From a virus, in IMG/VR virus record IMGVR_UViG_3300042374_001687, positions 32,001 through 96,000 of that record: 64,000 bases of DNA. The stretch is one strand, 5' to 3'. The first letter of the stretch is position 1. Each line of letters starts with the position of its first letter. The notes below the pieces were generated by a model. It was not told where the DNA came from and did no database searches. It worked only from the letters and a program-made list of their open reading frames with translations. The position numbers and the translations under genes are program-made. Below are positions 29,519-38,995 of this stretch, piece after piece.

Positions 29519-30515
29519 TCGAGTTTCAAGTTTAGACAAGGGTTATGTATCAGGAAATCTGTCCCTTTTTCCCGATGTAATAGATGACAAAAGTAGTCTA
29601 TATGAGGTCAGAAACAATGCCGAATCTAAACTGATGGCGGGGTTGCCTTTCAACGGCAAAAAGATGATCGTTGAAAGTACAGCTTCCTTTCCGAGCCAAG
29701 GCTTGGTGAGGGTTGGACCTCCAGCGGGGCAGGCCGGCGAGGCTGAGTTGGTTTACTACGAGTCCAAAACGGAAACCACTTTCAAGGGTCTAATTAGGGG
29801 CTTTGCAGGATCAAGACAGAATCAATGGAATTCCGGGTCTTGGGTTACGAATGCGGTAACCGCTGAACCCCACAATGCAGTCAAGGACGCTTTGCTGAAT
29901 ATTGAAAAAAGGATGGGATTGAAGGAATCTCCCGAAGCAGGATCGTTGAACAGAAGGCTTAAAAACTTGGAGTTAAAGTTTTTTGCTCCGCGGGCAGTTT
30001 TTAGGGCGTTTCCAAAGAATATAAAGCCTGGAAAGTCGGTGAGGTTTCAGAGTTTCTGTGAGGGCGACATAATAAGATATTTGTGGGACTTTGGAGACGG
30101 TGGCCAAAGCACAGAGCAAAATCCATCGCACACATACACAAGCGAAGGAACATATACTGTAAAGCTGCATCTTATAACCAGTTCGGGCGCTCAAGGCATA
30201 TCCACGAAAAACAACTACATAACAGTTTCAAACAACGAGCAGCAAGCATTCTTTTATGCGGTTAGAACCGGCCCTAAAACTTATATGTTCGTAGATCAAA
30301 CTGATGGAGATGTTCTTGAACGATTCTGGGTTTTTGATGGCACGGTCAGTTTGGATGACAAAGAAGTGGACAAGCATGTGGAGCCTGACACAAACAAACA
30401 CTTCATAGAAGTTACCTATTTAAAGGCCGGATTGTACCGTCCTTCTTTATTGGTGGGTTTTGCTGGGGATGTGTTAAAAAGGGTGTTTTTGAGCGAATCC
30501 TTGGAGGTAACATGA
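29511..30515 (+). CDS. PKD-domain virion protein (paralog 1)
   Basis: YLWDFGDGGQSTEQNPSHTYTSEGTYTVKL is a canonical PKD motif. Confidence 0.85.
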   Translation: MADRVSSLDKGYVSGNLSLFPDVIDDKSSLYEVRNNAESKLMAGLPFNGKKMIVESTASFPSQGLVRVGPPAGQAGEAELVYYESKTETTFKGLIRGFAGSRQNQWNSGSWVTNAVTAEPHNAVKDALLNIEKRMGLKESPEAGSLNRRLKNLELKFFAPRAVFRAFPKNIKPGKSVRFQSFCEGDIIRYLWDFGDGGQSTEQNPSHTYTSEGTYTVKLHLITSSGAQGISTKNNYITVSNNEQQAFFYAVRTGPKTYMFVDQTDGDVLERFWVFDGTVSLDDKEVDKHVEPDTNKHFIEVTYLKAGLYRPSLLVGFAGDVLKRVFLSESLEVT

Positions 30516-32806
30516 CCAATATTCCCAAGACAAGTAACTTTCCGAACTCTTTTGACACTGACAATAACCTTTTTTTGGTTCACGACTCTTTGAGGGTAAG
30601 ACTGCTGGAGGATTACAATCCTGGCGATAAGAGCATTCTGATTGAGGGAGACACAGAGGTTATAAACAAGTTCCCTCCCACGGGAATAATAACTTTGACA
30701 GAACAGTGCAGCGATATAGACAAGCGAGCATTGAGCTTTTACTACAATTCAAGAACTGCGAGTAGTTTTGACGAGTTGGAACTGCTGCCTGAATTTTTGG
30801 GCCTTGAGATTGCCAAGCCGAAAAAGGCCACCAATGTGACGATGAATGTCTTGGATCTCCATCATAATCATTTAAAGGACGCCTTGATCTCGGTTGAAAG
30901 TTTTTTGGGAACAAAATACTCCCCAAATGAAAACAGCATATCGGGAAGGATAAAGTTTTTAAATGAATTGGTGCTTTCTCCAAAGGCTTGGTTTACCGTT
31001 GAAAGTCAAATTGGACTTTCCTCTCAAGGAAATCCATTCAAGGCCAAATTCAAGGATGAAAGCGTCAGGTTGGGAGACGGCCCCTTCACGCACCACTGGG
31101 ACTTCGGTGACGGATCCACGTTGGAGTTTGTTTCGGAAAGCATGGAAGAGTACAAATCGAGGCTGACGGAAATAGACGGGGTGAATATTTCGGGAGCTGA
31201 ATTAGTCAAGACATATGATTCTCCCGGGCTTTATACCGTCAAGTTGACTGTGAGCAACAAATACGGGGACAGCGATGTGGAATTCAACGATTTGATCAAT
31301 GTAAAAAACGAAGCTCCAGAGGAAGCAGTAATTAGAATAATCCCAAGTGCCTCTCAGAACTACAACCAAGGGGATGTGGCCAACGGCATATATCCGAGGA
31401 TAAGATCCATAGCAAACTCATTCATCAACATAGAGATACCGGAAGGAAACAATCCCGAAAATCCTGGCTATTCTTATGGAGGAGAATTGCTTAATGCCGG
31501 GACTCCTGTTGATCCCATAGAGGAATATACATGGTCTCTCGGCGACGATCTTCCTCATTCCAATTCAAGCTTGGCAAAGGCCTCGTACAGTCTTGGTGGG
31601 TATTACGACATAGTTCTTAGAGTTGATACAAAATACGGATCTTACCGAATAACACAATATAAGGATTCTGTTGATATTATTGAAGCCAAAAACCTATGGA
31701 TGTTTAATTTCAAAACTCTAAATAACAACGGAAGCGGTACGGTTCAGGCCTACGAGTTTTCTCTCGGCAGCGAGACATTCAAAACCTTGGGAAACCAAAC
31801 TCTTTCTGTGCAGAGGAGCGATGCCTTTTTGGATAGCAGTCCGCTTTCCTATAACGATGAGCAGTATTATTCAGACACGCTTGGAAGGGCGGTCAAAGAG
31901 TTCCGCAGAAATGTAGAGTTCACTCTTGCCGGAACGGCCAGTTCGGGAAACAAAGGCAACTCCTTGCTTTTTTGGGCATCTGGTGGCTCTGTCATAGATG
32001 ACAAGAACATAAAGATCGCAAAATACAACGCCTTTGATGACGCTTATGAAAGCGTAAATTCAATAACGAACAGACCATGGAACTGGGCCGCATTGAACTC
32101 ACCCGATAGAACTTATTTTATTTTTGGACAAGGACCAACAACAATTTCGGGTCAAAATCAAACTCTGGCCCAGAGGTTGGATTACAACATACTTACACAA
32201 TCAGCATCCGCTCCAATAGAACTAACGACCTCAAGTTTTGAAAATGGAGCGGACGAATTACTAGAACATCCTTCCTATTTTGATGAAGATGGGCTGGCTA
32301 CCAATGGCTACTTCGCCGTATACAGAACTGCCTGGAAGGATTCTGTCGGATACATACTCAGGAACTCTTCGGTCAATGAGTTCTTCAGACTTTCCGATTT
32401 CTACAAGACGAAAGGCACGGTATCGGATCCCTATGGAACTATAACCAAACTCCCCAGCATGATCGGTTCTGTCAAGTTGGAAGGGCAATTAGTCGCCTTG
32501 TACAATGGAATATTTATGTTCAACAACTCGGGCGAGATATGCGCTTGGAATGACACTTCTTTGACTTGGGAAGTGGGTCGGGCAAACTCATCATCATTGT
32601 CTTTCAGATCCGTCCAAGACACCAGCAAGTCAAACTTTGACGACAAATCAAACACGCTTCTGGCGGCGTCTGATAATGACAGAATCGCTTATTTAAGTTA
32701 TGACTACAGCGTAAAGGCCATGATAAAGTTCAACGGAACGGATCTCACTTTCTCCATGGCGAAAACAAGGCCTTCCGGCACCCAGTTCAAATTGGGAGTT
32801 TATTGA
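30512..32806 (+). CDS. PKD-domain virion protein (paralog 2)
   Basis: HWDFGDG...YDSPGLYTVKLTVSN and a second WSLGD..GYYDIVL. Beta-rich C-terminus. Confidence 0.82.
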   Translation: MTNIPKTSNFPNSFDTDNNLFLVHDSLRVRLLEDYNPGDKSILIEGDTEVINKFPPTGIITLTEQCSDIDKRALSFYYNSRTASSFDELELLPEFLGLEIAKPKKATNVTMNVLDLHHNHLKDALISVESFLGTKYSPNENSISGRIKFLNELVLSPKAWFTVESQIGLSSQGNPFKAKFKDESVRLGDGPFTHHWDFGDGSTLEFVSESMEEYKSRLTEIDGVNISGAELVKTYDSPGLYTVKLTVSNKYGDSDVEFNDLINVKNEAPEEAVIRIIPSASQNYNQGDVANGIYPRIRSIANSFINIEIPEGNNPENPGYSYGGELLNAGTPVDPIEEYTWSLGDDLPHSNSSLAKASYSLGGYYDIVLRVDTKYGSYRITQYKDSVDIIEAKNLWMFNFKTLNNNGSGTVQAYEFSLGSETFKTLGNQTLSVQRSDAFLDSSPLSYNDEQYYSDTLGRAVKEFRRNVEFTLAGTASSGNKGNSLLFWASGGSVIDDKNIKIAKYNAFDDAYESVNSITNRPWNWAALNSPDRTYFIFGQGPTTISGQNQTLAQRLDYNILTQSASAPIELTTSSFENGADELLEHPSYFDEDGLATNGYFAVYRTAWKDSVGYILRNSSVNEFFRLSDFYKTKGTVSDPYGTITKLPSMIGSVKLEGQLVALYNGIFMFNNSGEICAWNDTSLTWEVGRANSSSLSFRSVQDTSKSNFDDKSNTLLAASDNDRIAYLSYDYSVKAMIKFNGTDLTFSMAKTRPSGTQFKLGVY

Positions 32807-32827
32807 TAGATACCTAAAAGAGACATC

Positions 32828-35800
32828 ATGCCAACAGGATTCCCCCCTCAACCAACATTTCCATTAGCAATAGATTCCGACAGGACTCTATTCCTCGTCT
32901 ACAACACGAGCGAGGCCAAGACCATAAAAGAAAACCCGGCTTGGAGCGAAGAGATAGAAATTGAGCCCGTAAGGCCAGATCAACAAGAGATATGGGCAGA
33001 CAACGGATTTGCCAACATATCGGGGGAGATGTTTTATTATGACGCGGTAGAAAAGAACGAGGTTGTGGGCAGTGGGGCAGTTATTGGGCAAGTGAAGGTA
33101 AATGAAGATGGATCCTTGGTAAGCGTTTCCGTATTGAATGGCGGGTCGGGCTACAAGGTTCCAGCCATAAAGGTACTGGGAGCAGGGACGGGAGCAAAGG
33201 TTAAGGCCAATGTTGTAGATGGGTCGATACGCAGCATAGAGGTGGTCAGGGGAGGTTCCGGCTACAACGAAAATGGATTGACTTTTCAATTTGAGGGAAA
33301 AGTATTCAAACTAAAGAGATGCGCCAGAGGCCTAGGGGGCAAGCCCACAAAGTTCAATCCCGCCGGATCGTGGGTAAGAGGCTTTGTTATAGCAGAACAT
33401 CACAATCAGCTGGTTGATGCCACATTAGCTGTTGAGCAGTATATATTTGAAATAGAAGAAAGCATAACCAAACTTGAGAACGAACCTGTTTGCTTGGATG
33501 ATGCCTATTGCGTAGATGTCGTGCTTGAAACGAACGTGTTGACTGGGGGCTCTCCGAATTGCGAGGGAACCACCATAGAGTATTTCATAACAATAAACGG
33601 AACATTTGACACATTCAATCTTGACTTTGGAGATGGCCAATCCACAACATCCACGCAATCTGGGACTCACACCTATGCGGCAGGGGCGGTTATAGATCCT
33701 ATAGTAACTGTCATAAGTCCAGACTGTACAGTCGTACAGACCCCGATAACAAGATCTACAAGCAAAGTTCCAGAAGTTCCAACAGGACCTGATCCTTTCA
33801 TTGTTCCAATACCGCAAGTTCCTGCATTTCCGAACATAACAATACCCCAAATAAACCAAACCCCCCAGATAGAACTGCCTCAGATCATATTTCCGTGTCT
33901 GGACATAAATCCGATAAGTTTTCCAAGTATTGTCATACCAGCCCCCTCAATAACCATAAATGTTCCTAGTTTCGGACCCTTTCCAGGATTCGTTCCGACG
34001 GTAACATTCGGCCCTGCTCCCCAAGTGGGTCCGGCGAGTTTCACATTCGGCCCTGCTCCCCAAGTGGGTCCGGCGAGTTTCTTTTTCGGCCCGGCGCCAA
34101 GTGTTGGCCCAGCGAGCTTCACCTTCGGCCCAGCACCAAGTGTTGGCCCAGCGAGTTTTGAATTTGGCCCAGCACCAAGTGTTGGCCCAGCGAGTTTCTC
34201 CTTTGGCCCAGCACCAAGCGTAAGCCCAGCGAGTTTCACTTTTGGCCCGGCGCCTAAAATAAGCCCAGCGAGTTTCACCTTTGGCCCGGCGCCTAAAATA
34301 AGCCCAGCGAGTTTTGGCTTTGGACCGGCACCTAAAATGAGCCCAGCGAGTTTTAGTTTCGGGCCCGCACCAAAGATCGCCCCAGCCAGTTTCAATTTTG
34401 GCCCGGCCCCTAAAATAAGTCCGGCCAGTTTCAATTTTGGACCGGCACCTAAAATAAGCCCAGCGAGTTTTGGCTTTGGACCGGCACCTAAAATAAGCCC
34501 AGCGAGTTTTGGCTTTGGACCGGCACCTAAAATAAGCCCAGCGAGTTTTGATTGGGGCAAGGCTCCAAAGGTGGAAGGCGCAAGCTTCAACTGGGGAAAG
34601 GCTCCAAAGGTGGATGCATCCTTCAACTGGGGCAAGGCTCCAAAGGTGGAAGGCGCAAGCTTCTACTGGGGCAAGGCTCCAAAGGTGGAAGGCGCATCCT
34701 TCAACTGGGGAAAGGCTCCAAAGGTGGAAGGCGCAAGCTTCAACTGGGGAAAGGCTCCAAAGGTGGATGCATCCTTCAACTGGGGCAAGGCTCCAAAGGT
34801 GGAAGGCGCAAGCTTCTACTGGGGCAAGGCTCCAAAGGTGGAAGGCGCATCCTTCAACTGGGGAAAGGCTCCAAAGGTGGAAGGCGCATCCTTCAACTGG
34901 GGCAAGGCTCCAAAGGTGGATGCATCCTTCAACTGGGGCACGCCTCCAAAGATTGACGGAGCTAGTTTTAATTGGGGCAAGCCACCAAAAGTCGAAGGAG
35001 GGAGTTTCAACTGGGGGACGCCTCCAAAGATTGACGGAGCTAGTTTTAATTGGGGCAAGCCACCAAAAGTCGAAGGAGGGAGTTTCAACTGGGGGACGCC
35101 TCCAAAGATTGACGGAGCTAGTTTTAATTGGGGGACGCCTCCAAAGATTGACGGAGCTAGTTTTAATTGGGGGACGCCTCCAAAGGTGGAAGGAACTTCT
35201 TTTAATTGGGGAACGCCTCCAAAAATTGAGGGAGCCTCATTTAATTGGGGGACGCCTCCAAAAATTGAGGGATCCTCATTTAATTGGGGAACGCCGCCAA
35301 AGGTTGAGGGAGCCTCATTTAATTGGGGAACGCCGCCAAAGGTTGAGGGAGCCTCATTCAACTGGGGTACGCCGCCCAAGCTTGAGGCGTCATTTAGTTG
35401 GGGGACTCCTCCAAAGGTAGAGGGCGCGTCATTTAGTTGGGGGACTCCTCCAAAGGTAGAGGGCGCGTCATTTAGTTGGGGGACTCCTCCAAAGGTAGAG
35501 GGCGCGTCATTTAGTTGGGGGACTCCTCCAAAGGTAGAGGGCGCGTCATTTAGTTGGGGGACTCCGCCAAAGATTGAAGGGGCTTCTTTTACCTGGGGAA
35601 CTCCGCCTAAGATTGAAGGGGCTTCTTTTACCTGGGGAACTCCGCCTAAGATTGAAGGGGCTTCTTTTACCTGGGGCTCTGCTCCTACGGCTACAGGTAG
35701 TTTCACATGGGGCAACCCTCCCGAAGTCAGCGGAAGCTTCACTTGGGGAAACCCCCCAGAAGTTACAGTTAGTTGGGGAACTGCTCCGACTGTGGAGTGC

Positions 35801-36427
35801 GTGGTTACAGTGCAATGCCCATCGGCCTCCCCCGCCCCCTTCAGGAGAGGCATGACTCTTGATGAAAACTTTGTTGATGACTTTAACTCCCAAGACTATG
35901 ACATAGAAATAAATGATTTGGGAATACCTTCCGAAATCAGAGTCGTAGTTCCAAAGTTCCCCGAAATTCAAGTCAAACACGACATACCGGAATTCATAAA
36001 TATCAAATCGGACTTGCCCGAAAGAATAGAACTTTATCAGTCTGACGCTTTGCCAAAAGAAATAAAGATTGTCAATGAAGCAGTCATACCTCAACAAATT
36101 AAGGTTGACGCAACAGAGATACCTAATTCAATAAAGCTGGACACAAGCTCTTTGCCTGGAGTGATAAGCTTGGTTCCCATAGATTTGCCCTCTGTGATAA
36201 GGATTGACGGATCTGAGATACCGGAAACGATAAAAGTTGTGGGCATACCGGAGTCTATTGAGGTGAGGATGCCCAGCGAGATAGTTGCACGACTTGAAAT
36301 CCCAGAAAACCTAGAAATACCACTCGTTTACAGGGGAGGTCCTGTCCCTGTACAGTTTGACTCATCAAATTTGCTGGGAGGGGACGAACAAGCTTGTTTC
36401 GCCCTTGTTCCTTGCAATAAAAAATGA
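32828..36427 (+). CDS. PKD-containing fibre-like protein with long Pro-rich repeat tract (paralog 3)
   Basis: Shares the N-terminal module, has NGGSGY/RGGSGY repeats, an LDFGDG PKD and about 47 12-13-aa repeats. Confidence 0.85.
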   Translation: MPTGFPPQPTFPLAIDSDRTLFLVYNTSEAKTIKENPAWSEEIEIEPVRPDQQEIWADNGFANISGEMFYYDAVEKNEVVGSGAVIGQVKVNEDGSLVSVSVLNGGSGYKVPAIKVLGAGTGAKVKANVVDGSIRSIEVVRGGSGYNENGLTFQFEGKVFKLKRCARGLGGKPTKFNPAGSWVRGFVIAEHHNQLVDATLAVEQYIFEIEESITKLENEPVCLDDAYCVDVVLETNVLTGGSPNCEGTTIEYFITINGTFDTFNLDFGDGQSTTSTQSGTHTYAAGAVIDPIVTVISPDCTVVQTPITRSTSKVPEVPTGPDPFIVPIPQVPAFPNITIPQINQTPQIELPQIIFPCLDINPISFPSIVIPAPSITINVPSFGPFPGFVPTVTFGPAPQVGPASFTFGPAPQVGPASFFFGPAPSVGPASFTFGPAPSVGPASFEFGPAPSVGPASFSFGPAPSVSPASFTFGPAPKISPASFTFGPAPKISPASFGFGPAPKMSPASFSFGPAPKIAPASFNFGPAPKISPASFNFGPAPKISPASFGFGPAPKISPASFGFGPAPKISPASFDWGKAPKVEGASFNWGKAPKVDASFNWGKAPKVEGASFYWGKAPKVEGASFNWGKAPKVEGASFNWGKAPKVDASFNWGKAPKVEGASFYWGKAPKVEGASFNWGKAPKVEGASFNWGKAPKVDASFNWGTPPKIDGASFNWGKPPKVEGGSFNWGTPPKIDGASFNWGKPPKVEGGSFNWGTPPKIDGASFNWGTPPKIDGASFNWGTPPKVEGTSFNWGTPPKIEGASFNWGTPPKIEGSSFNWGTPPKVEGASFNWGTPPKVEGASFNWGTPPKLEASFSWGTPPKVEGASFSWGTPPKVEGASFSWGTPPKVEGASFSWGTPPKVEGASFSWGTPPKIEGASFTWGTPPKIEGASFTWGTPPKIEGASFTWGSAPTATGSFTWGNPPEVSGSFTWGNPPEVTVSWGTAPTVECVVTVQCPSASPAPFRRGMTLDENFVDDFNSQDYDIEINDLGIPSEIRVVVPKFPEIQVKHDIPEFINIKSDLPERIELYQSDALPKEIKIVNEAVIPQQIKVDATEIPNSIKLDTSSLPGVISLVPIDLPSVIRIDGSEIPETIKVVGIPESIEVRMPSEIVARLEIPENLEIPLVYRGGPVPVQFDSSNLLGGDEQACFALVPCNKK
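34007..35794 (+). repeat. tandem coding repeat, 39-bp (some 36-bp) unit, about 47 copies with a sequence gradient
   Basis: 14x FGPAPxxxPASFx, 10x WGKAPKV(EG/D)ASFx, 19x WG(T/K)PPKxxxxSFx and 4 degenerate units. Confidence 0.97.
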
Positions 36428-37284
36428 GAGTTAAAAAATTTAAGAACAATGAGTATGTTTTGGCAGAGGGGGTTTGGGTTAGAAATCTTTGCCTTCCTGC
36501 CAAACCCATAGACATAAATCAACTTGGAAAGAATGAAGTCCGGCTCCTTTTGGAAAATGAATGCTCCAATCAGAGGATTTCGGGCATGGCCACGGACGAC
36601 TTGGATGAGTTGAATTTAGAGAACCTCATTATTTTTTCGGACGGATATGGATGGAAGTCTAGGCAAAAAGTTCTCGCGTCTATTCCAAACACGCTGGTCA
36701 AGACTATAGGAGTGAATGGCAGCCTTGCCAAATGGGATATGGTGGGGGAATCGGCAGAATTAAAAAGGACGATGACATTTTATCTCATTAACAATCCATA
36801 TCCGGAGTCTTTGTCCTTCCTTCCTAGGAGGCACAGATACTATCCCAATATTTTGGCATCAACGAAGACCAATCCTAAATTTCTAGAGGAGTACCGGAAC
36901 CAGCCTTTTTTCTACAAAGCCTCGCCGGATGTGAATTATTCGGGTGTGAAAAGTGAAGAAAACTATATGTGTCTGGATGACTACAGAAACCCCATATGCG
37001 CCGCTATCAGTTTTGCTTGGAGAAAACGGGTCAAGAGGCTTGTGCTTTTTTGCTGTGATGAGGCTTTTGAGGATGAACGGCCAGGCGCGGTCAAAATGAA
37101 AAACGGGCTTTATCAGTACCCTCAGCAGATAATGTGTCAGAAAATAATAGACAAGCAGTTGTACTGGCTGAGAAAATCAGGAGTCGTTGTGGCCGATTGT
37201 TCTTCAGGAGTGGAATATGAAAATGCTGAGTATATAGAAGCAGAAAGATTGTTGTCTTTTTTTAGCAGGAAGAGCGATGAATGA
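36424..37284 (+). CDS. MAF_flag10/MptE-like (sialyltransferase-type Rossmann) protein
   Basis: LIIFSDG...TIGVNGSL...NPICAAISFAW...KRLVLFCCDEAF parallels the I.G.GPS...I.VN...A...A....K.I.L.G.D pattern, in degenerate form. Confidence 0.55.
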   Translation: MRVKKFKNNEYVLAEGVWVRNLCLPAKPIDINQLGKNEVRLLLENECSNQRISGMATDDLDELNLENLIIFSDGYGWKSRQKVLASIPNTLVKTIGVNGSLAKWDMVGESAELKRTMTFYLINNPYPESLSFLPRRHRYYPNILASTKTNPKFLEEYRNQPFFYKASPDVNYSGVKSEENYMCLDDYRNPICAAISFAWRKRVKRLVLFCCDEAFEDERPGAVKMKNGLYQYPQQIMCQKIIDKQLYWLRKSGVVVADCSSGVEYENAEYIEAERLLSFFSRKSDE

Positions 37285-37564
37285 TTTGTCCAATTTGAAT
37301 CCCGACAATTTCAAAAAATGGATGAGATCCCAGAACGACTTTGATGCCAACATGGAGCAAAATCTAGAAGGGGCTTCAGTGGAGACAAGATTTTCGGCAA
37401 AAAGAATAATAGCCCATATGATTCCAGAAGAAGGCAGGGTCTCCAAGATGGCAAAAGAGTTTGTTGAGTCTGGCGGCGCTTTGAGAAAAGTGGACGGAGA
37501 CGAGTATTTGATAGAAGTTGCGTCCGGATCTTTTTATATACACAAGAAATATGTTATCGTTTGA
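37277..37564 (+). CDS. hypothetical protein
   Basis: 95-aa ORF overlapping the upstream stop. Confidence 0.6.
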   Translation: MNDLSNLNPDNFKKWMRSQNDFDANMEQNLEGASVETRFSAKRIIAHMIPEEGRVSKMAKEFVESGGALRKVDGDEYLIEVASGSFYIHKKYVIV

Positions 37565-37922
37565 TGTCGGAATTTCTTCTGAGCATAGTTGAACTTTTTG
37601 TGACAAGAGCCTCTTTGTTTATATATGTAGAGGGCACATAACCAGAGAACTGGCTTATTGGCAAGTGAGAGTATCCTCTTTTTCTCAAGGAAGACTTGAG
37701 ATCGTCAAAGGAGTCGGCGGACTCTATGAATAATTCATATTGCATTCTGTTGTCGTAAGCCTCTTTGGCAATTGCAGAGCCAATCTGGGGGTTGAGGTTT
37801 AATTTATCTACATCGTTGATCCTTGTGGCATAAACCTTTTGGTCAAATGCGAAGGCGCTTATGACTTTTATGCCCTTTTTGTCCAGTCGCGCAAGATACA
37901 CATACAGATTACTTTTTGCCAT
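37554..37922 (-). CDS. hypothetical protein
   Basis: 122-aa ORF with ATG start. Confidence 0.6.
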   Translation of the reverse strand: MAKSNLYVYLARLDKKGIKVISAFAFDQKVYATRINDVDKLNLNPQIGSAIAKEAYDNRMQYELFIESADSFDDLKSSLRKRGYSHLPISQFSGYVPSTYINKEALVTKSSTMLRRNSDIKR

Positions 37923-38135
37923 TAATTAACTCCGCAAGCAATTCTTCCAAAATTATCTGGGTGTAGATATCCATATCCCCAAATTGCTCCATGAAGTCCT
38001 TCATTGCCTCTCCGACTTCATTTTTTTCAATTTCTTGATTCATAAATCACCTAGAAGGGTCAGACTAAGCGACCCAATTATATTGGCCCGGGAATGCACT
38101 ATATACTATTGCCTTTCACTTAAAAGAGGGAACCC

Positions 38136-38687
38136 ATGAGCGTTTTTAGAGTAAAACTCACAAATACTAGGCAAGGCCTTTTGGATGTTTACGACAATCA
38201 ACGAACAGCCTACATAACAGGCCCCAACAGGATAAACAGAAAGCTCAAGGACGGGGAAACCTTTGTGGATTGCAATTATTGGAAGAGGTTTGCCTATCCA
38301 AATGTGCCCTTGGAGGAGGCCTTCATAGAAGTGGTTGAGGATGACGGCACCATCTACAGTGACAAAATATCCGAAAACACCTATCCCAAGGTTTACGATC
38401 TGATTGCAGTTACAGGATCAACCTATGCGGACAACAAGGCCGACATAGTCAAAGACTCGGGAAGTTGGGCCCTTTTTGCCCAGATAACAAACAAAAGCGA
38501 TTCCGACGGGGTCAAGGTAAGGCTCAATGGATTGAACACGGCAATAATAGATCTTCCTGCCGGTAGCACTCAAGTTTTCAGCGTCGGAGATTTGACAATA
38601 GGCTCAATAGAGGTAGATAACGGCTCTGGATCGGCCGACGTGCAGGTTCAAATACTAGTATCGGTGAGTTCCATCGGAACTTCATGA
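38136..38687 (+). CDS. hypothetical, probably structural protein
   Basis: AGAGGG RBS, upstream CTATATAC, beta-rich C-terminus. Confidence 0.65.
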   Translation: MSVFRVKLTNTRQGLLDVYDNQRTAYITGPNRINRKLKDGETFVDCNYWKRFAYPNVPLEEAFIEVVEDDGTIYSDKISENTYPKVYDLIAVTGSTYADNKADIVKDSGSWALFAQITNKSDSDGVKVRLNGLNTAIIDLPAGSTQVFSVGDLTIGSIEVDNGSGSADVQVQILVSVSSIGTS

Positions 38688-38757
38688 TGCCCCTTAAAAA
38701 CACGAAAGTGTGACTATTATAGACTGGTGCGAATGCACCCAAACAACGGAACGATTC

Positions 38758-38985
38758 ATGCCAAATTTGATCAAACAAGGAGAGGCCAGGGTAATAACAA
38801 AAAACGGCGAGGTTTTTGTGAACATAGCCCTCGAGCTCACGATAAAATTGGACGGGTCGAATCTTCAAGTTCTGTCGGGATCGGGTTCCGGAACCGCCTC
38901 GCACGCGGCGAAGCAAGAAGAGGAAAAGGTCGACTGGGCTATTCAAGACTTTGCCCCTAGTAATAAGATAAAATTCGGCAAATAA
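38758..38985 (+). CDS. small hypothetical protein upstream of the actin gene
   Basis: MPNLIKQGEARV...KIKFGK, ending 10 nt before the actin ATG. Confidence 0.55.
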   Translation: MPNLIKQGEARVITKNGEVFVNIALELTIKLDGSNLQVLSGSGSGTASHAAKQEEEKVDWAIQDFAPSNKIKFGK

Positions 38986-38995
38986 GGAGAAAATT

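Noticed and set aside
34007-35794. 36-39-bp periodic repeats as a possible CRISPR array
   Set aside because: The units are contiguous with no unique spacers, are all multiples of 3 and lie in frame within a 1199-aa CDS. No cas operon is present.
33880-35855. Long alternative-frame and antisense ORFs over the repeat tract (33880-34635, 34548-35420, 34816-35853)
   Set aside because: They are by-products of a stop-free repeat unit and have no RBS or independent domain.
37923-38995. parC-like centromere for the actin (ParMRC)
   Set aside because: No iterated direct repeats are visible around the actin operon.
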